Part shown: positions 16,377 to 24,396 of the stretch, piece by piece
How the letters are laid out: the number at the start of each line of letters is the position of its first letter
Position numbering within the stretch: position 1 is the first letter of the stretch
Source of the DNA: Chloracidobacterium sp.
Lineage (GTDB): Bacteria > Acidobacteriota > Blastocatellia > Pyrinomonadales > Pyrinomonadaceae
Length of the DNA: 64,000 bases
Assembly (NCBI GenBank): GCA_016716365.1
Contig: JADJWM010000017.1
Span: 258,401-322,400, forward strand
Direction: 5' to 3'
The notes under the pieces: model-generated
Seen by the model: only the letters and a program-made list of their open reading frames with translations
The model's database searches: none
What the model was told of the DNA's origin: nothing
Program-made: the position numbers and the translations under genes

Positions 16377-17996
16377 ATGACGACTACCGAACCGGACGCC
16401 AGGAGCGTCGATAGATTCCTGCGCGAACTCGACGTGCGGATAAGAGCCCGCTACCCCTTGATAGCCATCAACACATACGAGGAGGATCGGGTTCGCGAAG
16501 CTCTGATCGATCTCGTATTTCAGGAGCGGCATAAGGAGAAACCGCTGTACATCTGGAGCCGGCCCGCGGGCCTGCAGAAAGTGTTCGATCCGAAGGAGGG
16601 CATCCTTCAGAACCCAGTATCGGTCGGCGACACGGAGGACCCGGAGGGCGTTCTGGGTTTCATCTCGGAACAGAAGACGGGGCTCTTCTTGCTGTGCGAC
16701 TATGCCCCCTACATCTCCCCGTACGGTCAGGAAGATCCGTTACTGGTTCGCCGACTTCGAGAGATCGCCTGGAAGCTGAAATCCACCAAAGCGACGGTAC
16801 TGTTCGTCGCCCCGAACTTTCCCGACCTGAAGACGCTGGAAAAGGAAATAACGCAGATCGACCTCGAACTACCGAAGGAGGGCGAGATCGAGGAGTCGAT
16901 CGAGCTGCAGCTTGAGAATCTTCGATCGAGCGGGCTGGCCATCGATCTCGAGAAAGAGACGCAGGGCGCTTTGCTTCAGTCTCTCCTCGGGCTTACCGCC
17001 GGGGAGATCAGCAACGTGATCGCGAAGGCCGTGATCAGCTGCAACGGCCTCAATCGGGAATCGATCAACGTCATCCTCGAAGAGAAGAAGAACGTGATCC
17101 GCGGCAGCGGCTCGCTGACCTATGTCCATCCAGAGCCCGCGAGCAATCTCGGCGGTTATCGAGCTTTGCGATCGATTCTTGAGCGTGCCGCGTACACCTT
17201 CAGCCCGCGAGCGAAGGCCCGGCACGTCGAACCGTGCAAGGGAATACTGCTTGTCGGATTGCCCGGATGCGGAAAAGATCTTTGCAAGCGGGTCGCATCG
17301 TCGATCACCAACCGCGCCCTGCTAGATCTCGATTTCGGGTCGATCATGGGCGAGGGGGGCGGCGTCATCGGCTCGTCGGCGATGTCTATCAAGCGGGCCC
17401 TGTCGATCGCGGGGACGATCAAGGGGATCCTCGGAATCAGTGAATTCGAGAAAGCGGTCTCCGGGATGAAGTCGTCGAACAAGACCGACGGTGGTGAAAC
17501 GGCCCGGACGATCTCCTACCTGCTCAACTGGATGCAGGACAACAAGGACGTGCTCGTGTTCGCGACCGCAAACGACGTTCGCGAACTCGAATCGGAGCAG
17601 TTCCGCATCGGCCGGTTCTCTTACATCCACTTCGTCGATCTCCCTGACATGGAGGATCGGTCCGAGATCTTCAAGGTTCATTTGAAGAAACGCGAACTGG
17701 TTCCCGAACAGTTCGACCTCGAAAAGCTCGTCGATAAGAGCAAGGACTTCTCCGGAGCGGAGATCGAAGCGGCGGTGAAGGACGGCGTGCTGGAAGCTTT
17801 TATCGACGGCGACCGCCCGGCGGAAACGCGGGACATCCTCAAGGCGGTCGAGGGCATAACGCCGACCGCCCAGATGATGAGCGAGAAGATCGAGGAGATC
17901 CGCAAATGGGCTCGCAACAATATCAAAGGAGCGGCGGGCAGGACCGGCAGTCAAGCAATTGGCGGCAATCGCGGCGACCGGGTCTACGAATTTTGA
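16377..17996 (+). CDS. AAA+ ATPase (classic AAA clade) with atypical Walker A and B residues
   Basis: GLPGCGKD (17256-17279), ILGISE (17427-17444), sensor-1 FATAN, FRIGRFS, and a C-terminal lid (FSGAEIEAAVKDG). ATG at 16377 is chosen because the track start at 16149 overlaps the upstream gene by 173 nt. Confidence 0.85.
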   Translation: MTTTEPDARSVDRFLRELDVRIRARYPLIAINTYEEDRVREALIDLVFQERHKEKPLYIWSRPAGLQKVFDPKEGILQNPVSVGDTEDPEGVLGFISEQKTGLFLLCDYAPYISPYGQEDPLLVRRLREIAWKLKSTKATVLFVAPNFPDLKTLEKEITQIDLELPKEGEIEESIELQLENLRSSGLAIDLEKETQGALLQSLLGLTAGEISNVIAKAVISCNGLNRESINVILEEKKNVIRGSGSLTYVHPEPASNLGGYRALRSILERAAYTFSPRAKARHVEPCKGILLVGLPGCGKDLCKRVASSITNRALLDLDFGSIMGEGGGVIGSSAMSIKRALSIAGTIKGILGISEFEKAVSGMKSSNKTDGGETARTISYLLNWMQDNKDVLVFATANDVRELESEQFRIGRFSYIHFVDLPDMEDRSEIFKVHLKKRELVPEQFDLEKLVDKSKDFSGAEIEAAVKDGVLEAFIDGDRPAETRDILKAVEGITPTAQMMSEKIEEIRKWARNNIKGAAGRTGSQAIGGNRGDRVYEF

Positions 17997-18015
17997 GGAC
18001 GGTGTTCAAGAGGTT

Positions 18016-18414
18016 ATGAGCAAGTACATGTCATTCGAATCGCAGTCGTTTGCGAACGGCGAGCTGCTGCTCGAAGCCCTGTCGGAATTAGGATTCGCGA
18101 CCGTCGTGCAGGGTAAGGACCTGCCCTTGGACGGTTGGGACAAGCGAGCGGGGCGGACCGCCGACATCATCATTCGCCGGCGGGACGTCAAGGCTCACAA
18201 CCTTCTCGCGGACGTCGGCTTTCAGAGAACGTCGTCGGGCTACATCGCCGTGATCGACGACATGGATCTCGATCATCGCCTGGGCCGCGACTTCGTCGTG
18301 CGTTTGCAGAATCAATATCACGAAGCCGCGGCCCGGAAGATGGCGAAAAAGCTCGGCGGAACCTTGGTCAAGGAGCGGATCGGGAAAACCGTGAAGATCC
18401 GGGTCAGATTTTGA
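18016..18414 (+). CDS. DUF1257 domain protein
   Basis: MSKYMSFESQSF..GELLLEALSELGF....VGFQRTSSGYIAVIDD resembles the DUF1257 pattern. ATG at 18016 preceded by AAGAGG. Confidence 0.6.
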   Translation: MSKYMSFESQSFANGELLLEALSELGFATVVQGKDLPLDGWDKRAGRTADIIIRRRDVKAHNLLADVGFQRTSSGYIAVIDDMDLDHRLGRDFVVRLQNQYHEAAARKMAKKLGGTLVKERIGKTVKIRVRF

Positions 18415-18427
18415 AGGAGCGCTACCT

Positions 18428-18622
18428 ATGGCTGAAATCGAATTCACCATCGACACCGAGACGGGGAGTTGCGAAACGAAGATCAACGGCATCCAAGGGT
18501 CATCCTGCGAGAAGACTGCCCGCCAATTAAGGGAGGTTCTCGGGACCCCGACGACGGATCGGAAGACGGCGGAGTATCACGTCACACCTGCGGTGCGGAG
18601 GCGAGTGGGCCCCCGTGAATAA
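18428..18622 (+). CDS. DUF2997 domain small protein
   Basis: MAEIEFTIDTETGSCETKINGIQGSSCEKTARQLREVLG resembles the DUF2997 pattern with two Cys. RBS GAAGGAG. Confidence 0.6.
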   Translation: MAEIEFTIDTETGSCETKINGIQGSSCEKTARQLREVLGTPTTDRKTAEYHVTPAVRRRVGPRE

Positions 18623-19292
18623 CGAAGTGGTGTTCGTGCTGGAGCCGGACGCGGGACGCGTCACCGTCGAGATCTCGCAGGCTTCCGGGCAGGCGGCGAA
18701 CGATCTCGCACAAGATCTGGGTAGACGCGTAGACCTGAACTGCGCGAAGCCGGCCAGTGACACGAGATACTTGCCCGTTCTACAGCCTCACCCCGCGACC
18801 GAAGACGAATCGAAAACGGACCCTTTCTCGATCTGGCTGTACCGGCTTTACCATAACTCGGTCGTCGACGGTCCCGGCCGCCGCAGCGTCATACAGACCG
18901 CGGGATGCTCGATCCGCTGCAGGCAATGCTTCGTGCCTCAGACCCATGACCGGAAAAACGGTGCGTTAGTCCCGCTCTCGTCAATATTGAAGGAGATCAT
19001 CTCCTATGGCGCAGACCACGACGGTGTAACCATCCTCGGCGGCGAGCCGTTCGACCAACCGGAACCCGTCGCCGAACTCGTGTCGAGGTTGAAGGACCGA
19101 GGGATCCATATAACGGTTTACTCCGGATACACCATCGAGCAACTAATCGAGCGACGGGCTTCGAGTGTCGACTACATCCTCACCCATATCGACCTGCTCA
19201 TCGATGGTCCGTTCATCGGCAGCATGCGTGATGGAGCGGGCGAGTATCGAGGGTCGCGGAATCAGCGAATCGTTGGGCTGACCAATCAATAA
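18615..19292 (+). CDS. NrdG/PflA-like radical SAM activating-enzyme family protein with ~75-aa N-terminal extension
   Basis: VVDGPGRRSVIQTAGCSIRCRQCFVPQTH with CX3CX2C at 18906-18929. GVTILGGEPF. GTG start overlaps the DUF2997 gene by 8 nt. Confidence 0.8.
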   Translation: MNNEVVFVLEPDAGRVTVEISQASGQAANDLAQDLGRRVDLNCAKPASDTRYLPVLQPHPATEDESKTDPFSIWLYRLYHNSVVDGPGRRSVIQTAGCSIRCRQCFVPQTHDRKNGALVPLSSILKEIISYGADHDGVTILGGEPFDQPEPVAELVSRLKDRGIHITVYSGYTIEQLIERRASSVDYILTHIDLLIDGPFIGSMRDGAGEYRGSRNQRIVGLTNQ

Positions 19293-19387
19293 TACCGTTG
19301 AGCAGGTGATTGATCGGCGCGAATACGTTCCGGTGGTGCAAAAACGCTCAATCAACCCCCCAAGATTCCGACCTACACCACGGTCGA

Positions 19388-19642
19388 TTATCTACTCGCC
19401 TGATTGCTACCGATTGTTCTTCGAGATCTCTGGGCGTTGCGATCCTCGTACTCCATGATGTCCAGGAGCCGATAACGAGCCTGATTGCCGATCTTGAACG
19501 CCTTCAAGTGCCGGGGGTTGGATTTGGGTAGGGCCCGAAGACGCTGGAACCTCTTGGCGATCGCGGTTTGCGTTCCGATGAGTTTCCAGCGCTCGGCCAG
19601 TTGAAGATTGTCGAGGACTTCTTGGTTCATAATTTCTTCCAC
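19388..19642 (-). CDS. Excisionase/AlpA-like HTH protein (tentative)
   Basis: LQLAERWKLIGTQTAIAKRF...HLKAFKIGNQARYRLLDIMEYE resembles MerR-type excisionase HTH domains. Position next to the tRNA-flanked island end. Confidence 0.35.
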   Translation of the reverse strand: MEEIMNQEVLDNLQLAERWKLIGTQTAIAKRFQRLRALPKSNPRHLKAFKIGNQARYRLLDIMEYEDRNAQRSRRTIGSNQASR

Positions 19643-19835
19643 TCACTCTCCAAGTTCCCCTTCGCAAGAGCCGTGCCTCGTGAGACCTGGCGATCATGGC
19701 CAAGTCATCCGTTGTTCCGTTCAACCTCTCCGTCCGTATCCCAGCGACCTCCAAAGCAGTACTTGCATCGATGCCGATGCTCGTAGGTTGGGTAGACCCA
19801 TGGCAATCTACCCGAAAATCTACCCAAAACAGCAA
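19643..19835 (-). pseudogene. Possible C-terminal remnant of a tyrosine recombinase
   Basis: ALEVAGIRTERLNGTTDDLAMIARSH loosely parallels the integrase C-terminal [28 protein letters not shown]. The His and Tyr positions are not conserved and no N-terminal part exists. Confidence 0.2.
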
Positions 19836-19840
19836 AACGG

Positions 19841-19866
19841 CAACAAAAACGGGCTAAATTTAGCCC
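19841..19866 (-). terminator. Rho-independent terminator downstream of tRNA-Leu
   Basis: Perfect 16-nt palindrome GGGCTAAATTTAGCCC (19851-19866), followed on the minus strand by GTTTTTGTTG. Confidence 0.5.
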
Positions 19867-19922
19867 GTAAAATGATGCCGAATAACGGCGGCAAGTTGTT
19901 GTAACAAAAGGGGTTGAAAAGT

Positions 19923-20009
19923 TGGTGCGGACGAGAAGAATCGAACTTCCACTGCCTTGCGGCAACAGGCTTCTGAGACCTGCGCGTCTACCAGTTCCGC
20001 CACGTCCGC
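19923..20009 (-). tRNA. tRNA-Leu (anticodon CAG)
   Basis: Hand-folded cloverleaf: acceptor GCGGACG/CGTCCGC, anticodon stem CAGGT/GCCTG with loop CTCAGAA, long variable arm, T-loop TTCGATT, discriminator A, encoded CCA. Confidence 0.9.
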
Positions 20010-20084
20010 ATCGTAAGGCGAACCTAGAGGATACTAATTCAACCTGGGAAATTCAAGAACTCCGGCTTCCATGGTTCCGACAGC

Positions 20085-20822
20085 TTGAATGTGGTCCACA
20101 CCATTCGTTCTGCTATATTTAAGACGGTGCGATCGCTTCGAGCAAATTTAACAAAGATCCAAAAGAGGATCGCCGCCGCGGCAGAGCGTGCCGAACGCGA
20201 TCCGGGCGGGATCACGCTGGTCGCCGTGACCAAAACTCACCCGGCTTCAGTCATCAAGGCTGCGATCAAGGCCGGGATCACCACTTTTGGGGAGAACAAG
20301 GTACAGGAGGCAGAGGCTAAGATCAGCGAGGTTGGGCGGGACAAGGCCGAATGGCACCTGATCGGCCACCTGCAAAAGAACAAGGCACGCAAGGCTGCCG
20401 TGCTCTTTGACGTGATCCACTCGCTCGATTCACCTGAGCTTGCCCACCGGCTGGAACGAATGTGCGAGGAGGAGGGCCGCGAAACGCTGTCGGTGCTCGT
20501 GCAAGTCGACCTGGCCGGCGAGAAAACAAAATCGGGGATCGTTGAGACGCAGCTTCCGTTGCTCGTCGAGGTTTTGAAACGATGCAGCCGACTTCGATTT
20601 GACGGCCTGATGGTCATGCCGCCGTTGTTTGAAGATCCGGAAGAAACTCGACCGTATTTTGTGCGGTTAAGAAACATCCGCGACCGGCTTCGCGACGAAG
20701 GCGCTTTTTCCGGCGGGGCCGGCCACCTTTCAATGGGGATGAGCCACGATCTGGAGGTCGCGGTCGAAGAAGGTTCGACCATTGTCCGTGTCGGCACAGC
20801 AATATTCGGCGGTCGTAGCTGA
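20085..20822 (+). CDS. yggS: YggS-family pyridoxal-phosphate homeostasis protein
   Basis: VAVTKTHP, FGENKVQEA and WHLIGHLQKNKARK motifs. TTG start at 20085 is uncertain. Confidence 0.9.
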   Translation: MNVVHTIRSAIFKTVRSLRANLTKIQKRIAAAAERAERDPGGITLVAVTKTHPASVIKAAIKAGITTFGENKVQEAEAKISEVGRDKAEWHLIGHLQKNKARKAAVLFDVIHSLDSPELAHRLERMCEEEGRETLSVLVQVDLAGEKTKSGIVETQLPLLVEVLKRCSRLRFDGLMVMPPLFEDPEETRPYFVRLRNIRDRLRDEGAFSGGAGHLSMGMSHDLEVAVEEGSTIVRVGTAIFGGRS

Positions 20823-20864
20823 CCGGCCCTTTGTGGCCGGCTGCCTCGGTCTCGGCTCTTAAGT

Positions 20865-21458
20865 ATGCTAACTGTTACGGTATATCCGATCGTTTGGATA
20901 ATTCTTTGGTCGGCGTTCCTGGTCCTGCTGGCCCTTTTCATCCTTCGCCTCATATTCAATTACTCAGACCCTAATCCGTTCGGCACCGTCGGGCGTTTCG
21001 GGTTTCGAATACGCCGTGCGTCCGAGCGATTCGTGTATCCGTCCGCCCGGCTGCTCGCGAATTTTGGGGTCGATGTCCGGCTGGCACCACTGGTGTCGAT
21101 GTTCGTCGCCCTCGTCCTGACATATTTCCTAAGCCAGATAATCGGAAATACGTTTTTCGTCATCGACGGCCTGACGGCCGGGGTGGCGACGGGAAATCCT
21201 AAGATGTTTATAGGGTTCGTGCTGTACGGCCTGCTCAGCGTCCTGGTCCTATTCATTTTTATTCGATTTATCTCGTCCTGGTTCGTGTTCGCTCGAAATA
21301 CTTTTCTTGCCTTCGTCAAACGAGTCACTGATCCGATCATGCTGCCCGTACAGCGACTTATCCCGCCGATAGGGATGTTCGATATCTCTGCGATGATCGT
21401 TCTGTTGGTTATCATGTTCCTTCAGTCGATCGTGCTTAATGTTTTCGTCGGGCGTTGA
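20865..21458 (+). CDS. yggT: YggT-family membrane protein
   Basis: Multi-TM protein with VTDPIMLPVQRLIPPIGMFDIS. Follows yggS. Confidence 0.8.
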   Translation: MLTVTVYPIVWIILWSAFLVLLALFILRLIFNYSDPNPFGTVGRFGFRIRRASERFVYPSARLLANFGVDVRLAPLVSMFVALVLTYFLSQIIGNTFFVIDGLTAGVATGNPKMFIGFVLYGLLSVLVLFIFIRFISSWFVFARNTFLAFVKRVTDPIMLPVQRLIPPIGMFDISAMIVLLVIMFLQSIVLNVFVGR

Positions 21459-21480
21459 TGCGGCCGCGAGGGGGTTCAAA

Positions 21481-21771
21481 ATGGTCCGGATCACTGAGAC
21501 CGAAGAAGGGATCGTTTTCAGCGTAAGGGTCGTGCCGCGAGCATCGAGGTCGGAGATCGTCGGCGAGCAGGCGGAAGGGGCGGTGAAGGTGAGGATCGCT
21601 TCACCGCCGGTCGAAGGGGCTGCAAATGCGGAGCTGGTAAGGCTTTTCGCCAAGACCTTCGGCGTGGCGAAAAGCGATGTTGAGATCCTTTCGGGTCAGG
21701 CTTCTAAGGCCAAACGGATACGAATAGCCGGCGTAACGGCTGAACGATTTCGAAACGAGATCGGCCTTTAG
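21481..21771 (+). CDS. yggU: DUF167 (YggU) family protein
   Basis: VRVVPRASRSEIVG....VKVRIASPPVEGAANAELVRLFAKTFGV..SDVEILSGQASKAKRIRI. Confidence 0.85.
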   Translation: MVRITETEEGIVFSVRVVPRASRSEIVGEQAEGAVKVRIASPPVEGAANAELVRLFAKTFGVAKSDVEILSGQASKAKRIRIAGVTAERFRNEIGL

Positions 21772-22155
21772 GGCCGTCACCGCCGGCCTGTCGCCCGACC
21801 ACTACCGCCGCAAGACCGGTAAGTGCAGCGGCGATCGAGAATTCAAGGATGATAAGCAATACGAACGGCACCGGGCGTACCTCGATCGTCCTTTTCAGCA
21901 AGATCATATCTGCCGTGAACGCAAGCGCGGCGAGACAAAGAACACTCTTATCCCTTTTCATACACCTAACATTTGGCCTCATTGCCGTGAACTTTGCTTG
22001 TCCGGGATGTTAACTGCGTATAAATTTCTCGAATTTGTCCGCGGGAAAAACGGCGTGATATATTTGCAGTTTCGACCGAACAGGCGGAAACACAACCATC
22101 AGGTAGTGTGCCCCTAACGCGTCAAAATCTCGAACAGCTCAAGGACGATTAATCG

Positions 22156-22896
22156 ATGTCAGGACACTCCAAGTGGCACACAATTAAACATAAAAAAGGC
22201 GCTCTCGACGCAAAGCGCGGCAAGATCTTTACGAAGCTTATCAAGGAGATCACGGTTGCGGCCCGTACGGGCGGCAGCGGTGATGTCGATTCAAACGCAC
22301 GGCTTCGAAAAGCTGTTACCGACGCCAAGGCGCAGAACATGCCTAACGACACCATTGACCGCGCGATAAAACGCGGTACCGGCGAACTCGAGGGCGTCAA
22401 CTATGATGAGATAACCTACGAAGGCTACGGCCCAAATGGCGTCGCGGTCCTGATCGAAACGATGACCGATAACCGAAACCGTACCGTCGCCGAACTTCGA
22501 CACATCTTTTCAAAAAACGGCGGAAATCTGGGTGAGGCCGGTTCCGTAGCCTGGATGTTCGACAAAAAGGGCTATATCGTCGTGGATAAAGCCGCCAAAA
22601 GCGAAGACGAGCTTTTCGAGATCGCCGTTGGTTCCGGTGCCGAAGATATGCAGGATGAGGGCGAGGTTTTTGAGATATTTACGGCGCCGGAGAACTTCGA
22701 AGCAGTCAACGAAGCCGTCAGATCTGCAGGGATCGAACCTCAGGCCGCGGAAGTATCGATGGTCCCGCAAAACTACATTAAGCTCGAAGGCAGTGACGCA
22801 AGGACCATGATGAAACTTTACGACGCTCTCGACGACAACGACGACGTCCAAAAGGTCTATGCGAATTTTGATATAGACGAGAGCGAGATGGAGTAA
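22156..22896 (+). CDS. yebC: YebC/PmpR-family transcriptional regulator
   Basis: [32 protein letters not shown] and full-length conservation. Confidence 0.95.
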   Translation: MSGHSKWHTIKHKKGALDAKRGKIFTKLIKEITVAARTGGSGDVDSNARLRKAVTDAKAQNMPNDTIDRAIKRGTGELEGVNYDEITYEGYGPNGVAVLIETMTDNRNRTVAELRHIFSKNGGNLGEAGSVAWMFDKKGYIVVDKAAKSEDELFEIAVGSGAEDMQDEGEVFEIFTAPENFEAVNEAVRSAGIEPQAAEVSMVPQNYIKLEGSDARTMMKLYDALDDNDDVQKVYANFDIDESEME

Positions 22897-22935
22897 GGAC
22901 CCGTGACGGTTCTCCCCGATCTACTCAGTTATCGG

Positions 22936-24255
22936 TCATTTCGCTTTCGTGTTGCTCAGGAACAAGTTCAAATGGGCTCTTGTGAGCGCCTCACCGCGGA
23001 ATACGACGGCATCTATCTCCCGGGTGTTCGCAATGTTGTCGAGCGGATCTTTTGTCAGGATGATGAAATCGGCGATCTTACCCGTTTCGATCGAACCCAG
23101 TTCATTCTCACGGCCGTAGAACGTCGCGGATGCAAGCGTTGCCGATCTAAGAGCCTCCGCCGGTGTCAGCCCAACCTCGCTAACAAGCAAACCCAACTCA
23201 TCGTGCAGTGCCAGACCAGGGACTACAAAGGGGGCCCCGGTGTCGCTCCCCGGAAGAACGGTTATTCCGGCCTGGTGGAATTCACCTATCTCTTTGTGCG
23301 CGGTCGCGATGGCATCCCGCCAGCCTTGCGAACCGCGATTCTGTTTTTTGTGGGTTTCTATAGTCTTTTCCCAATGATCGAGCAATTCCTGAGGAAGATT
23401 GAATTGGATCCCCTCTTTGTACTTTGCAAGTTTCTGTTCGATATCCGCGGCAGATCGGGTGAAGGGCTCCCATGCGACGAATGTCGGAACGACCGCGGCC
23501 TTTGCCTTTTTGAATTCGTCGAAAAGCGATTGTTTCTGTTCGGCTGTTAACTTAGAAAGGGGGTAAGGATAGAATGCATGCTCGAAGGTGAGTTGGCCGG
23601 CCCGCAACGCTGTAGCAGGGGTCAACGGCTCGGGCGCATGCCCGACCAGCACAAGTTTGTATTTTTTCGCTGCGGCGGCTATGGCAAGATAGGTTTCTTC
23701 ATCTTTGTGCGTCCTCAACTTAATACAGTCCATTCCCGCGGCCGCAACACGGGCGACAGTCTTGTCCGCGTCCTCCGGACCTGCGACCACCCAGTGGTCC
23801 TTGCGCTCTTCCCCACTCGATTCAAACATAGGTCCACAGGCCTGTACTATGCGCGGCCCGTAGAACTTGCCGTAGGCAATGCGTTTACGCCAGTCGACGA
23901 TCTTGGCTGGTTCAGTGCCCATGTCGCGGACGGACGTTATTCCGTAAGCAAGGAAGATCCCCGCACTGGCCTCAGTTAGCCTTGCCGCGTGGACATGATT
24001 ATCGAACAGGCCGGGTATCGCGAATTTGCCGGTCCCATTGATGACCGTCTTTGCACCCCCGCGGTAGCTTCCGGCAGGAAGAATTTGAGTGATCTTCGTT
24101 CCCGAAACGACAATGTCACGATGCGGCGCGAAGGTCCCGCTCGCGGCGTCAAAAACGCTTATGTCCTTCACCAGAACGTCGACCTTTTGTTGGCCGATCG
24201 TTCCGGCTACACAGATCAGGACCGCAAGAGTCACCAAGGGTATTTGCACTTTCAT
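22936..24255 (-). CDS. Secreted amidohydrolase-family metallohydrolase
   Basis: Signal peptide MKVQIPLVTLAVLICVAG. HxH (NHVHAA). ATG at 24255 has the best spacing to AGGAGA. Confidence 0.8.
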   Translation of the reverse strand: MKVQIPLVTLAVLICVAGTIGQQKVDVLVKDISVFDAASGTFAPHRDIVVSGTKITQILPAGSYRGGAKTVINGTGKFAIPGLFDNHVHAARLTEASAGIFLAYGITSVRDMGTEPAKIVDWRKRIAYGKFYGPRIVQACGPMFESSGEERKDHWVVAGPEDADKTVARVAAAGMDCIKLRTHKDEETYLAIAAAAKKYKLVLVGHAPEPLTPATALRAGQLTFEHAFYPYPLSKLTAEQKQSLFDEFKKAKAAVVPTFVAWEPFTRSAADIEQKLAKYKEGIQFNLPQELLDHWEKTIETHKKQNRGSQGWRDAIATAHKEIGEFHQAGITVLPGSDTGAPFVVPGLALHDELGLLVSEVGLTPAEALRSATLASATFYGRENELGSIETGKIADFIILTKDPLDNIANTREIDAVVFRGEALTRAHLNLFLSNTKAK

Positions 24256-24396
24256 ATTCATTTCTCCTGGCTGCAAAGCGGTATAAAAGCGTGGCTCGAA
24301 GCCCGGCAACTTCACGCCCGTGGCCGGCGATATCATCGATCGCCGGTAATTTGCAGAATACAGGATACGGGTCAATTGTCGGGCGGTCTTGGATGA

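Noticed and set aside
16377-18414. Looked for a glycyl-radical motif (RVxG[FWY]) in the proteins adjacent to the NrdG-like radical SAM enzyme.
   Set aside because: The C-termini read ...GDRVYEF and ...VKIRVRF, with no Gly at the radical position. A classical glycyl-radical partner is therefore not supported.
21704-21982. 92-aa minus-strand ORF with one hydrophobic helix, convergent with yggU.
   Set aside because: It overlaps the yggU 3' end by 68 nt. It has no RBS or family signal. The evidence is insufficient to call a gene.
22903-23550. 215-aa plus-strand ORF.
   Set aside because: It lies entirely antisense to the well-supported amidohydrolase gene (22936-24255).
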